Origin: an uncultured bacterium | GTDB taxonomy: Bacteria > Deinococcota > Deinococci > Deinococcales > Trueperaceae | DNA length: 64,000 nucleotides | Assembly (NCBI GenBank): GCA_964549045.1 | Contig: CAZJUA010000022.1 | Span: 33,422-97,421, forward strand | Reading direction: 5' to 3' | Part shown: in pieces, positions 19,192 to 29,504 of the stretch | How positions within the stretch are numbered: the stretch's first letter is position 1 | Layout of the letters: every line of letters starts with the position of its first letter | Program-made: the position numbers and the translations under genes | Notes under the pieces: model-generated | Told to the model about the DNA's origin: nothing | The model's database searches: none | What the model saw: only the letters and a program-made list of their open reading frames with translations

Positions 19192-20808
19192 CTAGGATAC
19201 CCAAGCCGCCGCCGCCTCCGCCTCGGCCGTCGCCCGCGCCGCGTCCCACCCCAGCTCCTCGGCCAGGATCTCGGCGACGCGCGGCGCGGCCGCGCGGGCG
19301 GCCGCCGCGTCGAGCATCGCCAGGCGCGTGCGACGCGCCAACACGTCGACGGCGGTCGCCGCGAACTCGGCGCGGGCCGCGTGGCGCACCTCGGCCTCGA
19401 GGTAGGGGTGGTCGGGCGCGAGCCGAACGGCCCCGTCGCCGCCGGCGATGTCCGCGACGGCGTCGGCGCGATCGCCGTACGCGAGGTGCAGGTGGCGTGC
19501 GACGTCGGCGGGGAAGCCGCGCTCCTGCAGCTCGCCGGCACCCGTGGGGAGCAGGCGCTCGGCGCCCGCCAGGCGCAGGTCCTCGGTCGGGGACGGGACG
19601 GCCTCGAGACCGGCGACCTCGAGCGCCGCGTCGACGGCGTCCGCCGCCATGCGCCGGTAGGTCGTCCACTTGCCGCCTGCGACCGTCACCAGGCCCGAGT
19701 CGGCGACGTGCACCACGTGGTCGCGCGAGAGGCGCGCCGTGTCGGACGCCTTCGGGTCGGAGACCAGCGGTCGCAGGCCGGACCAGGCGGCGAGGACGTC
19801 GTCGCGCTCGACCGGGAGCGAGAAGTACTGGCGCACGTGCCGCAGGATGTACGCGATCTCGTCCTCGGTGGCTCGCGGGTGCCGCTCGATGGCGGCCGGC
19901 TGGTCGGTGGTGCCGACCAGCGTCGCGCCCTGCCACGGCAGCAGGAAGAGCACGCGCCCGTCCTCGGTCTGGGGGATCAGGAGACCGGTCCCCGGCGGCG
20001 CGAACCGAGCGTCGAGGACGATGTGGACGCCGGAGCTGGCATCGAGCATCGGCTCCGCGGCGGGGTCGTCGAGGCGCCGGATCTCGTCGACGAAGGGGCC
20101 GGTGGCGTTGAGGACCGCGCGCGCGGCGACCGTCACCTGCTCGCCGGAGGCCACGTCGCGCACCGTGGCGCCGCGCACGCGGCCGCCTTCGTGGTGCAGC
20201 CCGACGACCTCCGCGTGGGTGGCGACGATGGCGCCACGCTCCGCGGCCGACAGCGCGATCGCCACGTTCATGCGCGCGTCGTCGAACTGGCCGTCGTGGT
20301 ACACGACGCCACCCCGCAGGCCCTCCTCGCGCAGCATCGGGAAGCGCTGCAGGGCCTCGCGGGCGTCGACGAAACGCGACGGCGCGAGGTTCGCGCGGCC
20401 GGCGAGGGCGTCGTAGATCTTGAGCCCCGTCAGGTAGTACGGGACCTGCCACCACTCGTACAGCGGCGTCACCAGGGGCAGCGGGTGGCACAGGTGCGGC
20501 GCGTTGCGGATCAGCACCGCCCGCTCGCGCAGGGCGTCGCGGACCAGGTGGAACTGGCTGCGGTCGAACTCCTTGACCGCCTTCTCGAGGTAGCGCACGC
20601 CGCCGTGGATCAGCTTGGTGCTGCGGCTGCTGGTGGCGGCGGCGAGGTCGTCGCGCTCCACCAGGGCGACCGACAGGCCGCGGGCCGCGGCGTCGAGCGT
20701 CGCCCCGGCGCCGGTGGCGCCCCCGCCGACGACCAGCAGGTCGAAGGGCGCCTCGTGGGCGGCCAGCGCCGCCCAGTGCGCGGCTCGGGTGGCGGCAACC
20801 GTGTTCAC
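19192..20808 (-). CDS. glpD: FAD-dependent glycerol-3-phosphate dehydrogenase
   Basis: The track ORF (950 aa) is trimmed to the GTG at 20808, which overlaps the glpK stop as GTGA. It carries the FAD fold motif [23 protein letters not shown] and [12 protein letters not shown]. Confidence 0.9.
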   Translation of the reverse strand: MNTVAATRAAHWAALAAHEAPFDLLVVGGGATGAGATLDAAARGLSVALVERDDLAAATSSRSTKLIHGGVRYLEKAVKEFDRSQFHLVRDALRERAVLIRNAPHLCHPLPLVTPLYEWWQVPYYLTGLKIYDALAGRANLAPSRFVDAREALQRFPMLREEGLRGGVVYHDGQFDDARMNVAIALSAAERGAIVATHAEVVGLHHEGGRVRGATVRDVASGEQVTVAARAVLNATGPFVDEIRRLDDPAAEPMLDASSGVHIVLDARFAPPGTGLLIPQTEDGRVLFLLPWQGATLVGTTDQPAAIERHPRATEDEIAYILRHVRQYFSLPVERDDVLAAWSGLRPLVSDPKASDTARLSRDHVVHVADSGLVTVAGGKWTTYRRMAADAVDAALEVAGLEAVPSPTEDLRLAGAERLLPTGAGELQERGFPADVARHLHLAYGDRADAVADIAGGDGAVRLAPDHPYLEAEVRHAARAEFAATAVDVLARRTRLAMLDAAAARAAAPRVAEILAEELGWDAARATAEAEAAAAWVS

Positions 20809-22307
20809 GCGCGCTCGCTCCAATCCTTCGACCGCTCCACGGCGGCCCGCCAACGGTCGCGGCGGTGCGCGATGTCGTCGGCGTCGGCCGCCGGCTCGAA
20901 GCGGCGCTCCTCGCGCCAGTGCGCGGCGACGTCGTCGGGACCGGCCCATACGCCCGTCGCGAGGCCGGCGAGGTAGGCGGCGCCCAGCGCGGTCGTCTCC
21001 GTGATCGCCGGCCGGACGACCGGCACGCCGAGGACGTCGGCCTGCTCCTGCATGAGGAGGTCGTTGCGGGCGGCGCCGCCGTCCACCCGCAGTTCGACGA
21101 GGGGCTCGGGGGCGTCGGCGGCCATGGCGTCGATCACGTCGGCCACCTGGAAGGCGATCGACTCCAGCGCGGCGCGGGCGATGTGCGCGGCGGTGGTGCC
21201 GCGGGTCATGCCGACGATCGTGCCGCGGGCGTAGGGGTCCCAGTGCGGGGCCCCGAGGCCCGCGAAGGCCGGCACGAGGACGACGTCGCCGGTGTCGGGC
21301 ACGCTGGTGGCGAGGGCCTCGACGTCCTCCGAGCGGCGGATCACGCCCAGGCCGTCGCGCAGCCACTGGACGATGGCGCCGGCCATGAAGATCGAGCCCT
21401 CCAGCGCGTAGCGCACCTCGTCGCCGAGCCGCCAGGCGACGGTGGTCAGCAGCCGGTGGTGCGACGGCACCGGCGCGTCGCCGGTGTTCAGCACGAGGAA
21501 GGCCCCGGTGCCGTAGGTCGACTTGGCCTGGCCCGGCGCGAAGCAGGCCTGCCCGAAGGTGGCCGCCTGCTGGTCGCCGGCGATGCCGGCGATCGGCACG
21601 CCGGCCAGGGGGAGGCCGTCGGCCACGTGCCCGACGACCTCGCTGGAGCCGACGATGCGCGGAAGGACGGCCCGCGGGATGCCCCACAGCGCGAGCAGGT
21701 CGTCGTCCCAATCCAGCGAACGCACACCCATGAGCATCGTCCGGGAGGCGTTGGAGACGTCCGTGACGTGGACCTCGCCGCGCGTCAGGCGGGCGACGAG
21801 CCAGCTGTCGACGGTGCCGAACGCGAGCTCGCCGCGCTCGGCGCGCTCCCGGGCGCCGGGCACGTGCTCGAGCAGCCAGGCGAGCTTGCTGGCGCTGAAG
21901 TAGGCGTCGAGGACGAGGCCGCTGCGCTCGACGACGAGGTCCTCGGCCCCGGCGCGGGCGCGGACGGCGTCGACCGCCTCGGCCGTGCGCCGGTCCTGCC
22001 ACACGATCGCGGGCGCGACGGGCTGCAGCGTCTTGCGGTCCCACAGGATCGTCGTCTCGCGCTGGTTGGTGATGCCGATCGCGGCCACGTCGCGCGAGGA
22101 GACGTCGGCGGCGGCCAGTGCCTCGGACATCACGCCCGACTGCGACGACCAGATCTCGTTGGCGTCGTGCTCCACCCAGCCTGGCCGCGGGTAGCCCTGG
22201 GTGAACTCCTTCTGCGCCGTTCCGAGGGCGATCCCCTCGCCGTCGAAGAGGATGGCGCGCGAGCTGGTCGTGCCCTGGTCGAGCGCGAGGACCACCTGGC
22301 CACTCAT
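20805..22307 (-). CDS. glpK: Glycerol kinase
   Basis: The track ORF (754 aa) is trimmed to the ATG at 22307, which overlaps the upstream permease stop as ATGA. The N-terminus [22 protein letters not shown].. matches FGGY-family GlpK along the full length. Confidence 0.95.
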   Translation of the reverse strand: MSGQVVLALDQGTTSSRAILFDGEGIALGTAQKEFTQGYPRPGWVEHDANEIWSSQSGVMSEALAAADVSSRDVAAIGITNQRETTILWDRKTLQPVAPAIVWQDRRTAEAVDAVRARAGAEDLVVERSGLVLDAYFSASKLAWLLEHVPGARERAERGELAFGTVDSWLVARLTRGEVHVTDVSNASRTMLMGVRSLDWDDDLLALWGIPRAVLPRIVGSSEVVGHVADGLPLAGVPIAGIAGDQQAATFGQACFAPGQAKSTYGTGAFLVLNTGDAPVPSHHRLLTTVAWRLGDEVRYALEGSIFMAGAIVQWLRDGLGVIRRSEDVEALATSVPDTGDVVLVPAFAGLGAPHWDPYARGTIVGMTRGTTAAHIARAALESIAFQVADVIDAMAADAPEPLVELRVDGGAARNDLLMQEQADVLGVPVVRPAITETTALGAAYLAGLATGVWAGPDDVAAHWREERRFEPAADADDIAHRRDRWRAAVERSKDWSERA

Positions 22308-23632
22308 CCCTTCACCCCGCCAGCCGTCTGCTGGCTCGTGAGCGCGTCCTGGAAGGAGTAGAAGATGATCAGGATGGGCAGGGAGCCGAGGGCCGCGCTC
22401 GCCATGAGTGCCCCCCACTGGGTGTCGAAGCGCCCGGCCGTGAACGCCCGCAGGCCCATCCCGACCGTCCACTTCTCCTGCCCCTGGAGGATCGTGCTGG
22501 CGAGGATGAACTCGCTGTAGGTGCCGATGAACTGCAGCAGGAAGATGAACAGCAGCATCGGCGTGGACACCGGCAGGATGATGCGCCAGAAGGCGCCCCA
22601 GCGGGTGGCGCCGTCGACCATCGCCGACTCCTCGAGGGCGGGGCTGATCGACTCCAGGTAGCCCTTGAAGATCCAGGCCGAGAAGGCGATGGCGCCGCCC
22701 GAGTAGGCGAGGATCAGACCGGTGAAGGTGTTGACCAGGTCGAGCTGGACCATGAGCCAGAAGATCGCGACCAGCGCCATGAAGCCGGGGAACATCTGCA
22801 CGAACACGAAGCTGAGCAGGGTCGGGTAGCGGCCCTCGAAGCGCATGCGGGCGAAGGCGTAGCCGGCCGTGGTCGCGATGAGGACGGCGAAGATGCCCGT
22901 CAGGCCCGAGATCAGCAGCGTGTTTCGGATGTAGAGCACGATCGTCCGATCCGATGCGGGAGCGGTCCGCGTGCCGTCCACCGCGATGCCGTAGAACTGT
23001 GCCGGCGTGATGCTCACGACCAAGACGGCGGCGACGACGAAGATCGCCAGCCCGAGCACGCGGCTCCACGCGTCGGTGCGGTAGCTAGGCACGCCGGCGA
23101 GGCGGGCGGCGAGCTTGGCGCCGACGATGCCGACCACGCCTGCCACCAGCAGTGCGATCAGCACCCACTGGTAGTCGACGATGTGCGTGTGGCTCAAGAC
23201 CTTCTGGTACTGGGTCAGCGAGAAGTCCGCCGGGTCGGGGAAGACACCGGACCGGATCAGCAGGTGCCCCTCGAGCGGTAGGCCACCGGTGATCGTGTCG
23301 CGGCGGTTGAACGAGACCGCCAGCAGGTACAGCACCGGGTAGAAGGTCGTCAGGATGACGCCCCAGATGAACATGTGGGTACCCGACGTGACCGCGTAAG
23401 CACCCGCGCGGCCAGGGCGGGTCGCGAGGCCGTAACTGTACGCCGCCCCCGCGGTACCGATCACGGCGAGCGCGAAGGCGCCGAGCACGAAGGCCCAGCC
23501 GTTCGGAACGACCACGAAGCGCTGCCGCGTGATGGGGTCGGGCAGGTTGCCGAGCAACGCCCAGATGCCGGCGACGGTGACGGCGACGATCAAGGCGAGG
23601 TAGGCGAAGGCGCGCGGGTTCGTGTGCCTCAC
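22304..23632 (-). CDS. CUT1-family sugar ABC transporter permease, MalG-like, with extra N-terminal TM segments
   Basis: Trimmed to the GTG at 23632, which overlaps the MalF-like stop as GTGA. The C-terminal half carries the EAA-type loop ([20 protein letters not shown]). At 442 aa it is about 150 aa longer than typical MalG. Confidence 0.85.
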   Translation of the reverse strand: MRHTNPRAFAYLALIVAVTVAGIWALLGNLPDPITRQRFVVVPNGWAFVLGAFALAVIGTAGAAYSYGLATRPGRAGAYAVTSGTHMFIWGVILTTFYPVLYLLAVSFNRRDTITGGLPLEGHLLIRSGVFPDPADFSLTQYQKVLSHTHIVDYQWVLIALLVAGVVGIVGAKLAARLAGVPSYRTDAWSRVLGLAIFVVAAVLVVSITPAQFYGIAVDGTRTAPASDRTIVLYIRNTLLISGLTGIFAVLIATTAGYAFARMRFEGRYPTLLSFVFVQMFPGFMALVAIFWLMVQLDLVNTFTGLILAYSGGAIAFSAWIFKGYLESISPALEESAMVDGATRWGAFWRIILPVSTPMLLFIFLLQFIGTYSEFILASTILQGQEKWTVGMGLRAFTAGRFDTQWGALMASAALGSLPILIIFYSFQDALTSQQTAGGVKG

Positions 23633-25170
23633 GTGTTGCTCGCCTCCTTCAGGGCGCCGGTGACGCGGAAGTTCACCAGGCTGACCGCCACCGTGATCAC
23701 GAAGATCAGGATCGAGATCGCGGAGCCGAGCCCGTACGCGAACCCGCCCTGGCTGCGGAAGGCCTCGTTGTAGGCCCAGCTGATCAAGATGTCGGTGCCT
23801 CGCGCCGTCGCCGTCCCACCGTCGACGGGCGGGCCGCCTTCGGTCAGCAGGAAGATCAGGTTGAAGTTGTTGAAGTTGAAAGCGAAACCGGTCAGCGTGA
23901 TGGGCACGAGGGCCGTGCGAAGCAGCGGCGCGGTGACGCCCCAGAAAGCCTTCCACGGGTTGGCGCCGTCGATCCTTGCCGCCTCGTAGAGTTCGCGCGG
24001 GATCGCCGACAGGGCGCCGAGGACGGCGGTCATCATGAACGGAAGGCCCAGCCACAGGTTGACGAGCAGCACCGCGCCCTTGGCCGCCAGCGCGACGCCG
24101 AGCCAGTTGATCGGCTCCGGCGTGATGTCGAGGAGCATCAGGACCCGGTTGATGACCCCGAAGTTCTCGTTCAGGAACCCGCGCCAGACCTGAATCGTGA
24201 TGATGCTGGGCAGCGCCCAGGGCAGGATCAGCAGCGTGCGGTAGAGGTTGCGGAAGCGGAGGTCGGGGTTGTTCAGCAGCACGGCCAACAGAACGCCGAA
24301 GGCCGTGTTGATCAGGATCGTGAGGACCGCGAAGCTGATGTTCCAGACGAACACCGGGACCAGGGAGCGCTGGGCGCGACCGAGGATGGCGGCGAAGTTC
24401 CGGACGCCGATGAAGCCGAAGTCGTTGTAGCGCGCCATGGCGGTGGGTTCGAAGCCCGCCGGCAGAGGCGCGTCGAGGACGAACGACGCACCGTCGTGGG
24501 CGATGATCGTCCGCCTGACCTGGTTGGACAGCTGGATCGTGACGCCTTCGGGATCGGGGGCGAACGGCGGTGCACGCACCAGCCGCACCTCCCGCCCGTC
24601 GACCGCGTCGACCTCGGACGAGAAGTCGAACCCGAGCTCGGGAAGGAACATCTCCACCTGGCGCGGTTCACGTCCGGCTGGGAGTGGCTGGGCCAGGGTC
24701 AGGACGCCGTCGGCGTACGCCGCAACCTCGACCGGCAGCGACTCGAAACTGTACACCTCGGCGCGCACGTCGACGCAGCCGTTGCGGAGCGCGTTGCAGG
24801 CGAGGTTGGCGGGATCGTCGACGGTGACACGGGCCCGGTCGTTCGCCACTTCGTAGGCCACGATCGGCGTCGTGGTGGCGACGTTGAGGAGCCCGTTGCG
24901 GGAGCCGGCGTAGTCGGTGAACGCCAGCCAGATGGTCAGCAAGACGGGGAAGAAGGTGAAGGTGAGCAGGAAGACGATCGCGGGCAGGACGTAATACCAC
25001 GGCATGATCCAGGCGTAACGCCTGGCCAGGACGGGGAGCACAGATACCAGGGCGACGAGACCGATCACGAGGCCCCACCAGGCGGGGAGATCGGGTAGCG
25101 CGAAGCGAACGACGACGACGCCGACGGCCCCCACCGCGATGGCGAAGGTCAGTGCGGCACCGAGCAGCAA
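23629..25170 (-). CDS. CUT1-family sugar ABC transporter permease, MalF-like, with large periplasmic loop
   Basis: 513 aa from the TTG at 25170. It has the EAA loop (YEAARIDGANPWKAFWGVTAPLL) and a long hydrophilic insert between early TM helices, as in MalF. An alternative SD-preceded ATC start at 25242 is discussed in findings. Confidence 0.85.
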   Translation of the reverse strand: MLLGAALTFAIAVGAVGVVVVRFALPDLPAWWGLVIGLVALVSVLPVLARRYAWIMPWYYVLPAIVFLLTFTFFPVLLTIWLAFTDYAGSRNGLLNVATTTPIVAYEVANDRARVTVDDPANLACNALRNGCVDVRAEVYSFESLPVEVAAYADGVLTLAQPLPAGREPRQVEMFLPELGFDFSSEVDAVDGREVRLVRAPPFAPDPEGVTIQLSNQVRRTIIAHDGASFVLDAPLPAGFEPTAMARYNDFGFIGVRNFAAILGRAQRSLVPVFVWNISFAVLTILINTAFGVLLAVLLNNPDLRFRNLYRTLLILPWALPSIITIQVWRGFLNENFGVINRVLMLLDITPEPINWLGVALAAKGAVLLVNLWLGLPFMMTAVLGALSAIPRELYEAARIDGANPWKAFWGVTAPLLRTALVPITLTGFAFNFNNFNLIFLLTEGGPPVDGGTATARGTDILISWAYNEAFRSQGGFAYGLGSAISILIFVITVAVSLVNFRVTGALKEASNT

Positions 25171-25288
25171 GAGCGATTTGGCGAGGCCACCCGCGACGGT
25201 GCGGGCGCGGGGCAGGCCCGCACGGGGATCGGAGAGGTCGATGGCGGTTCCTCCTGCACGGCGATCGAGGTCAGAGGGGAAGGTGGCC

Positions 25289-25321
25289 GTGCGGCCAGGA
25301 GACGAGGTCGCCTGGCCGCAC
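25289..25321 (-). promoter_or_regulatory. Intercistronic hairpin after the malE-like gene (candidate mRNA-stabilising or attenuating element)
   Basis: An 11-bp stem GTGCGGCCAGG/CCTGGCCGCAC with an 11-nt loop, inside the unusually long 177-nt gap between the binding-protein gene and the first permease gene. Confidence 0.4.
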
Positions 25322-25347
25322 GCTCGAACGCTCGACGAACGTGGGGC

Positions 25348-26541
25348 TCAGTTGCCCGTGATCTCGTTCACCGCCTGCTGAAGGGCATCCTCGACGTCGG
25401 AGTCCTCGCTCTCCATGATGACGCTGAGCGCATTGCCGGCGGGACCCCACACCTGCCCCATCTGCGGGATGTTGGGCATGGGTTCGGCCGTCAGCAGGGC
25501 CTCGGCGAACCCTGCGATCACGGGGATGTCGGCGACCTGTGCCGCGGCGGATTCGGACGCCGGGATGCGTGCCGTATCGCGCGCGAGCGAGACCTGGGCG
25601 TCGGCGCGCGTGATCCACTTGGCGAAGTTCGCCGCGTCGACCTTGTTCTCGCTGAACTGGTTCACCGTGATGCCCTGGACGCCCATGAAGCCCCCGAACT
25701 GGGTACCGTCGGCCAGCGGCGGGATGGGCATGACGGAGAAGTTGAGACCGGCGTTGACGTAGTTCGCCGTCTCCCAGGGACCCGTGTACCACATGGCCAG
25801 GCGCCCGTCGACGAAGAGGCCGTTGCCGACGCCGTAGTCGGCGCCGGAGGGGACCAGGCCGTAGCGGTAGCGCAGGTCCTTCAGCTCCTGGACGCCGCGG
25901 ACGGCGCCCTCGTTGGCGAGCTGGACGTCGCTGGGATCCAGGCTCCCGCTGGCATCGCGGCCGAAGACCGCACCGCCGAAGGTCCGGAAGTAGACGTAGG
26001 CGAAGTAGAAGTTGCCGGCGTCGATCATGTAGCCGAAGGTGTCGGCCGTCGTGAGCTCCTGCGCCAGCTCGATCATCTCTTCGTACGTCGCGGGCGCCTC
26101 CGGCACGAGGTCGGTGTTGACGAACAACGCCGGACCCTCGACGTTGGTCGGCAGGCCGAACAGCCGGCCAGAGAAGCTGAACGCCAGCCGTGCCTGCTCG
26201 GCCAGGTCGGCCAGGTAGGCGGGCGTGGCGAAACTGGACATGTCGGCCAACACGCCTGCGGTCGCCAGGTTGCCGATCCAGTCGTGCGCGACCCCGTGGA
26301 ACACGTCCGCCGCCTCGCCCTGGGGCGCGGCACGCAGGATCGTGGCCTCCATGTCGCCGAACGCGATCTGGACCACGTTGACGGGCACGCCGAAGCCGTC
26401 CGTGAACGAGGCCGCCTGGTCACGGAGCCACTCCAGCGAGGGGCCCTCGTAGCTGGTCCACACCTGCAGGCCTTGGCCGAACGCCAGGCCGAACGAGGCC
26501 ATGACGGCCACCAGAGCGATCATCATCTTCCTCAAGGTCAT
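25348..26541 (-). CDS. Sugar ABC transporter substrate-binding protein, MalE-like
   Basis: The start is set to the ATG at 26541, which has GGAAGGAG 4 nt upstream. It has a signal peptide MTLRKMMIALVAVMASFGLAFG. The C-terminal MPNIPQMGQVWGPAGNAL closely mirrors E. coli MalE MPNIPQMSAFWYAV. Confidence 0.85.
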   Translation of the reverse strand: MTLRKMMIALVAVMASFGLAFGQGLQVWTSYEGPSLEWLRDQAASFTDGFGVPVNVVQIAFGDMEATILRAAPQGEAADVFHGVAHDWIGNLATAGVLADMSSFATPAYLADLAEQARLAFSFSGRLFGLPTNVEGPALFVNTDLVPEAPATYEEMIELAQELTTADTFGYMIDAGNFYFAYVYFRTFGGAVFGRDASGSLDPSDVQLANEGAVRGVQELKDLRYRYGLVPSGADYGVGNGLFVDGRLAMWYTGPWETANYVNAGLNFSVMPIPPLADGTQFGGFMGVQGITVNQFSENKVDAANFAKWITRADAQVSLARDTARIPASESAAAQVADIPVIAGFAEALLTAEPMPNIPQMGQVWGPAGNALSVIMESEDSDVEDALQQAVNEITGN

Positions 26542-26670
26542 CGTCTCCTTCCATCCCTGCACCATCTGCCGTCGCTCGTGGGGCCCGCGGAGAACGACCG
26601 ACGTCGTACCCGTGAACCCCGTCGCACGCGGGTCGGATGCCTTTCAAGCGTACCCGTCCGGGCGCGGGAG

Positions 26671-26676
26671 TGTCTA
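26671..26676 (-). promoter_or_regulatory. Candidate -10 (cggTAGACA) about 125 nt upstream of the malE-like start
   Basis: Shares the cggTAG core with the other promoters. The last base is A rather than T. Confidence 0.3.
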
Positions 26677-26712
26677 CCGCGGGAGCCGCGGCCGAACGCC
26701 TTCCCGGCAGCC

Positions 26713-27861
26713 TCAGGTGAGGCGGTAGCGGCCGTCGGGTAGGCGCGCCGCCCAGCCGTCGACCACCCCACCCTCGAGCGCGGCGACCACGGCGCCCACG
26801 CCCCAGCCCGTGGCGGCGATCGCGGTGTCGACGTCGATCGCCGCGGCGCCGAGGAGGCGGTCCCAGGGGGGCGGAGGCGCGCACCGCACGGGTGCCCGCA
26901 CCGTGGGCGGGTCGGGTCGGACGCCGGGCGGCAGCCCGAGCCAGGCGTCGTCGGGTTCGAGCAACGGCGCGGCGCCGTCGCGCAGCAGCGCGAGCGAGCC
27001 GGCGGCGTGGGCGTCCCACGGGCGGGCCGGCGTCGTGCGCACCTCGCGCCCGAGCTCGAGTGCGGCGGTCGCCGTGTGCAGGGCGCCGGAACGCGGGCCG
27101 GCCTCCACCACCGCGACGAGTGACGACAGCCCGGCGATCCAGCGGTTGCGGACGGGGAAGGCGCCGGTCGCCGGCACGGCCCCGATGGGGGCCGCGGCGA
27201 CGATCCCGCCGCCCGCGTCGAGCAGCGCCCGTGCGAGGTCGCGATGGGCGATGGGGTGCACCCGGTCGACACCCCCCGCGAGAACCGCCAGCGTCGAGGC
27301 CGCGGCCCCCTCGCGCGCCGCATCGATCGCTCCCTGGTGGGCGGCGGCGTCCACGCCGTAGGCCAGCCCCGAGACGACCCAGGCGCCCGCGCGGCAGGCG
27401 GCGTGGGCCAGGTCGCTCGCGAAGCGCTGCGCGCCGGGCGAGGCACGCCGTGGCCCCACGATCGCGACGGCCAGGGGCACGTCGCCGGTCACCGCCGCCG
27501 GCCAGGCGCCGCGGACCCAGAGCGCCAGCGGCCACCCCTCCTCGGGGTTCCAGGGTGCCGGGTAGTCCGCGTCGGCCAGGGTCACCAGCCTGGCGCCGAC
27601 CCGCTGGCCGCGCCGGAGCTCGCGCTCGGCGGCCGAGAGGTCGACGGCGCGGCCTGCCGCCCGCGCGCGCTGCAGCGGCCAGCGGGGGAGGCTCGGCCAA
27701 GCGCCACGAGCGCCGGCCTCGACGGCCGCTGACGCGGACCCGAAGGCATGCAGCAGCGCGGCCGCCCTGACGGGCCCGACGCCCGGTGCGCGCGCCAGGG
27801 CCAGCAGGGCGAGGGGCTCGCCCAGGGGCGCGGGGGCGACCGCGGGGAGCGACGGCTTCAC
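26713..27861 (-). CDS. dprA: DNA processing protein DprA (Smf)
   Basis: 382 aa with a Rossmann-like DprA core containing VVSGLAYGVDAAAHQGAI and GALHTA. GTG start. Confidence 0.9.
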   Translation of the reverse strand: MKPSLPAVAPAPLGEPLALLALARAPGVGPVRAAALLHAFGSASAAVEAGARGAWPSLPRWPLQRARAAGRAVDLSAAERELRRGQRVGARLVTLADADYPAPWNPEEGWPLALWVRGAWPAAVTGDVPLAVAIVGPRRASPGAQRFASDLAHAACRAGAWVVSGLAYGVDAAAHQGAIDAAREGAAASTLAVLAGGVDRVHPIAHRDLARALLDAGGGIVAAAPIGAVPATGAFPVRNRWIAGLSSLVAVVEAGPRSGALHTATAALELGREVRTTPARPWDAHAAGSLALLRDGAAPLLEPDDAWLGLPPGVRPDPPTVRAPVRCAPPPPWDRLLGAAAIDVDTAIAATGWGVGAVVAALEGGVVDGWAARLPDGRYRLT

Positions 27862-27941
27862 CCGGCGAGGATGCCTCGCGCGGGTCCTCGTGGGCGTCGG
27901 CGACCCGGCCGGCGCCCAGCGCGTCTAGGTCGCCGTGGGGA

Positions 27942-29387
27942 TCAGCCCGAGCGCCGCCAGCGCGGCCCGTCCGGGGTGTCCTCCACGGCGAGGCCGAGCT
28001 CGGCAAGCCGCTCGCGTATCGCGTCCGCGCTCTCGAAATCGCGACGCTTGCGGGCCGCCTGACGCTGCTCGAGCAGCAGCTCGGTGACGCCCGCCATCAG
28101 CGAGCCATCGTCCGCCACCGAGCTCATGGGCACCCCGAGGACGCCCTCGAGCAACTCGTCGAACAGGTCGGCGGCCGCATGAACGGCGCCGTGGTCGCCG
28201 CGCTCCAGTCCGCGGTTGGCCTCGCGCGCCACGTCGAACAGCACCGCGATCGCCTCGGGCGTGTGCAGGTCGTCGTCCATGGCCGCGGCGAAACGGTCGC
28301 GCGCCTCGCGCCACGCGTCGGGGTTCGCCGGCGCCGCAGGCGCCGCCGGCGCCGCAGGCGCCGCTCGCCACGCCGCGTAGCCCTGCCGGAGGCGCTGCAG
28401 GCCGTGCGCCGAAGCGGTCAGCGCGTCGTCCGCGAAGTCGCTGACGCTGCGGTAGTGCGAACGCAGAAGGTGGAAGCGCACCGCCAGCGGGTCGTGCAGC
28501 TCGAAGAGCGGCGCCAACTCGACGACGTGCCCCTTCGACTTCGACATCTTCTCGCCGTTCAGCGTCAGCATGTTCCAGTGCAGCCAGACCCGCGCGAAGG
28601 GCTTGCCGGCCGCCCGCGCCTGCGCCAGCTCGCACTCGTGGTGCGGGAACACCAGGTCGAGCCCACCGCCGTGGATGTCGAACTCGTCCCCTAGGTACTT
28701 GGTGCTCATGACCGAGCACTCGAGGTGCCAGCCGGGGAAGCCGTCGCCCCAGGGGCTCGGCCAACGCATGAGGTGGCCGCCCTCTGCCGCCTTCCACAGC
28801 GCGAAGTCGCGCGGGTCGCGCTTGTCGCCGCGAACGAGCGCCCGCGTCCCCTCGACCTGCTCGCCCGGATCGCGCCCGGAGAGCTGCCCGTAGTCACCCC
28901 AGGCGGAGACGTCGAAGTAGACGCTGCCGCCGGCCTCGTAGGCCAGGCCGCGCGCCAGCAGCTCCTTGGTCAGCTCGATCTGCTCGACGATGTGGCCGGT
29001 CGCCCGCGGCACCACGGACGGCCGCCGGACCCCGAGGCGCGCCATGGCGTCGAAGTACGCCCAGAAGTACTTCTCGGCGACCTCCATCGGCTCCAGGCGC
29101 TCCAGCGCGGCGCGCTTCTCGAGCTTGTCCTCGCCGTCGTCCGCATCGTCGGTGAGGTGGCCGACGTCGGTGACGTTCATCACCAGGCGGACGGCGAGCC
29201 CCTCGTGCTCTAGCCAGCGGCGGAGGACGTCGAAGACCACGGGTCCGCGCGCGTGACCGAGGTGCGGCTCCGAGTACACGGTCGGTCCACAGAAGTAGAT
29301 CCCGGCGCGGCCGGGGACGACCGGCTCGAACGGGACCTTCCGACGGCTCAGCGTGTCGTACAGCACCAGCGGCATCTTCCACCTCAT
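27942..29387 (-). CDS. cysS: Cysteinyl-tRNA synthetase
   Basis: The track ORF (523 aa) is trimmed to the ATG at 29387 (or 29375). It has the HIGH-type motif HLGHARG and KMSKS, and [12 protein letters not shown] is typical of CysRS. Confidence 0.95.
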   Translation of the reverse strand: MRWKMPLVLYDTLSRRKVPFEPVVPGRAGIYFCGPTVYSEPHLGHARGPVVFDVLRRWLEHEGLAVRLVMNVTDVGHLTDDADDGEDKLEKRAALERLEPMEVAEKYFWAYFDAMARLGVRRPSVVPRATGHIVEQIELTKELLARGLAYEAGGSVYFDVSAWGDYGQLSGRDPGEQVEGTRALVRGDKRDPRDFALWKAAEGGHLMRWPSPWGDGFPGWHLECSVMSTKYLGDEFDIHGGGLDLVFPHHECELAQARAAGKPFARVWLHWNMLTLNGEKMSKSKGHVVELAPLFELHDPLAVRFHLLRSHYRSVSDFADDALTASAHGLQRLRQGYAAWRAAPAAPAAPAAPANPDAWREARDRFAAAMDDDLHTPEAIAVLFDVAREANRGLERGDHGAVHAAADLFDELLEGVLGVPMSSVADDGSLMAGVTELLLEQRQAARKRRDFESADAIRERLAELGLAVEDTPDGPRWRRSG

Positions 29388-29446
29388 CGTGGGCCTGGGC
29401 TCGGCGCCCGCGCCGTGCGCGGCGCGCCGAGGCGCGGGGCCTTCGC

Positions 29447-29455
29447 AAGGTAGCA
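29447..29455 (-). promoter_or_regulatory. Extended -10 (TGCTACCTT) about 60 nt upstream of cysS
   Basis: The minus-sense sequence reads cacgTGCTACCTTgcg, the same hexamer as the tRNA-Cys promoter. Confidence 0.4.
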
Positions 29456-29492
29456 CGTGCCCGGCTCGGTCCCCGCGGGCGCCCGCGACGGT

Positions 29493-29498
29493 TAGCCT
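29493..29498 (+). promoter_or_regulatory. -10 element (cggTTAGCCT) 6 nt upstream of the yigZ ATG; leaderless-type promoter
   Basis: The sequence reads acggTTAGCCTaccggcATG. Confidence 0.45.
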
Positions 29499-29504
29499 AC
29501 CGGC

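Noticed and set aside
19192-22044. Over-long track ORFs that fuse a real gene to an upstream read-through (also 20805-23069, 22304-24055, 13972-15669, 30131-31927, 32073-34313, 33470-36454, 58632-61070, 39710-41107)
   Set aside because: The N-terminal extensions are Arg/Pro-rich and overlap the preceding real gene. Homology-consistent internal starts exist at 4-nt overlaps, SD sites or leaderless -10 motifs. I therefore reported the trimmed coordinates.
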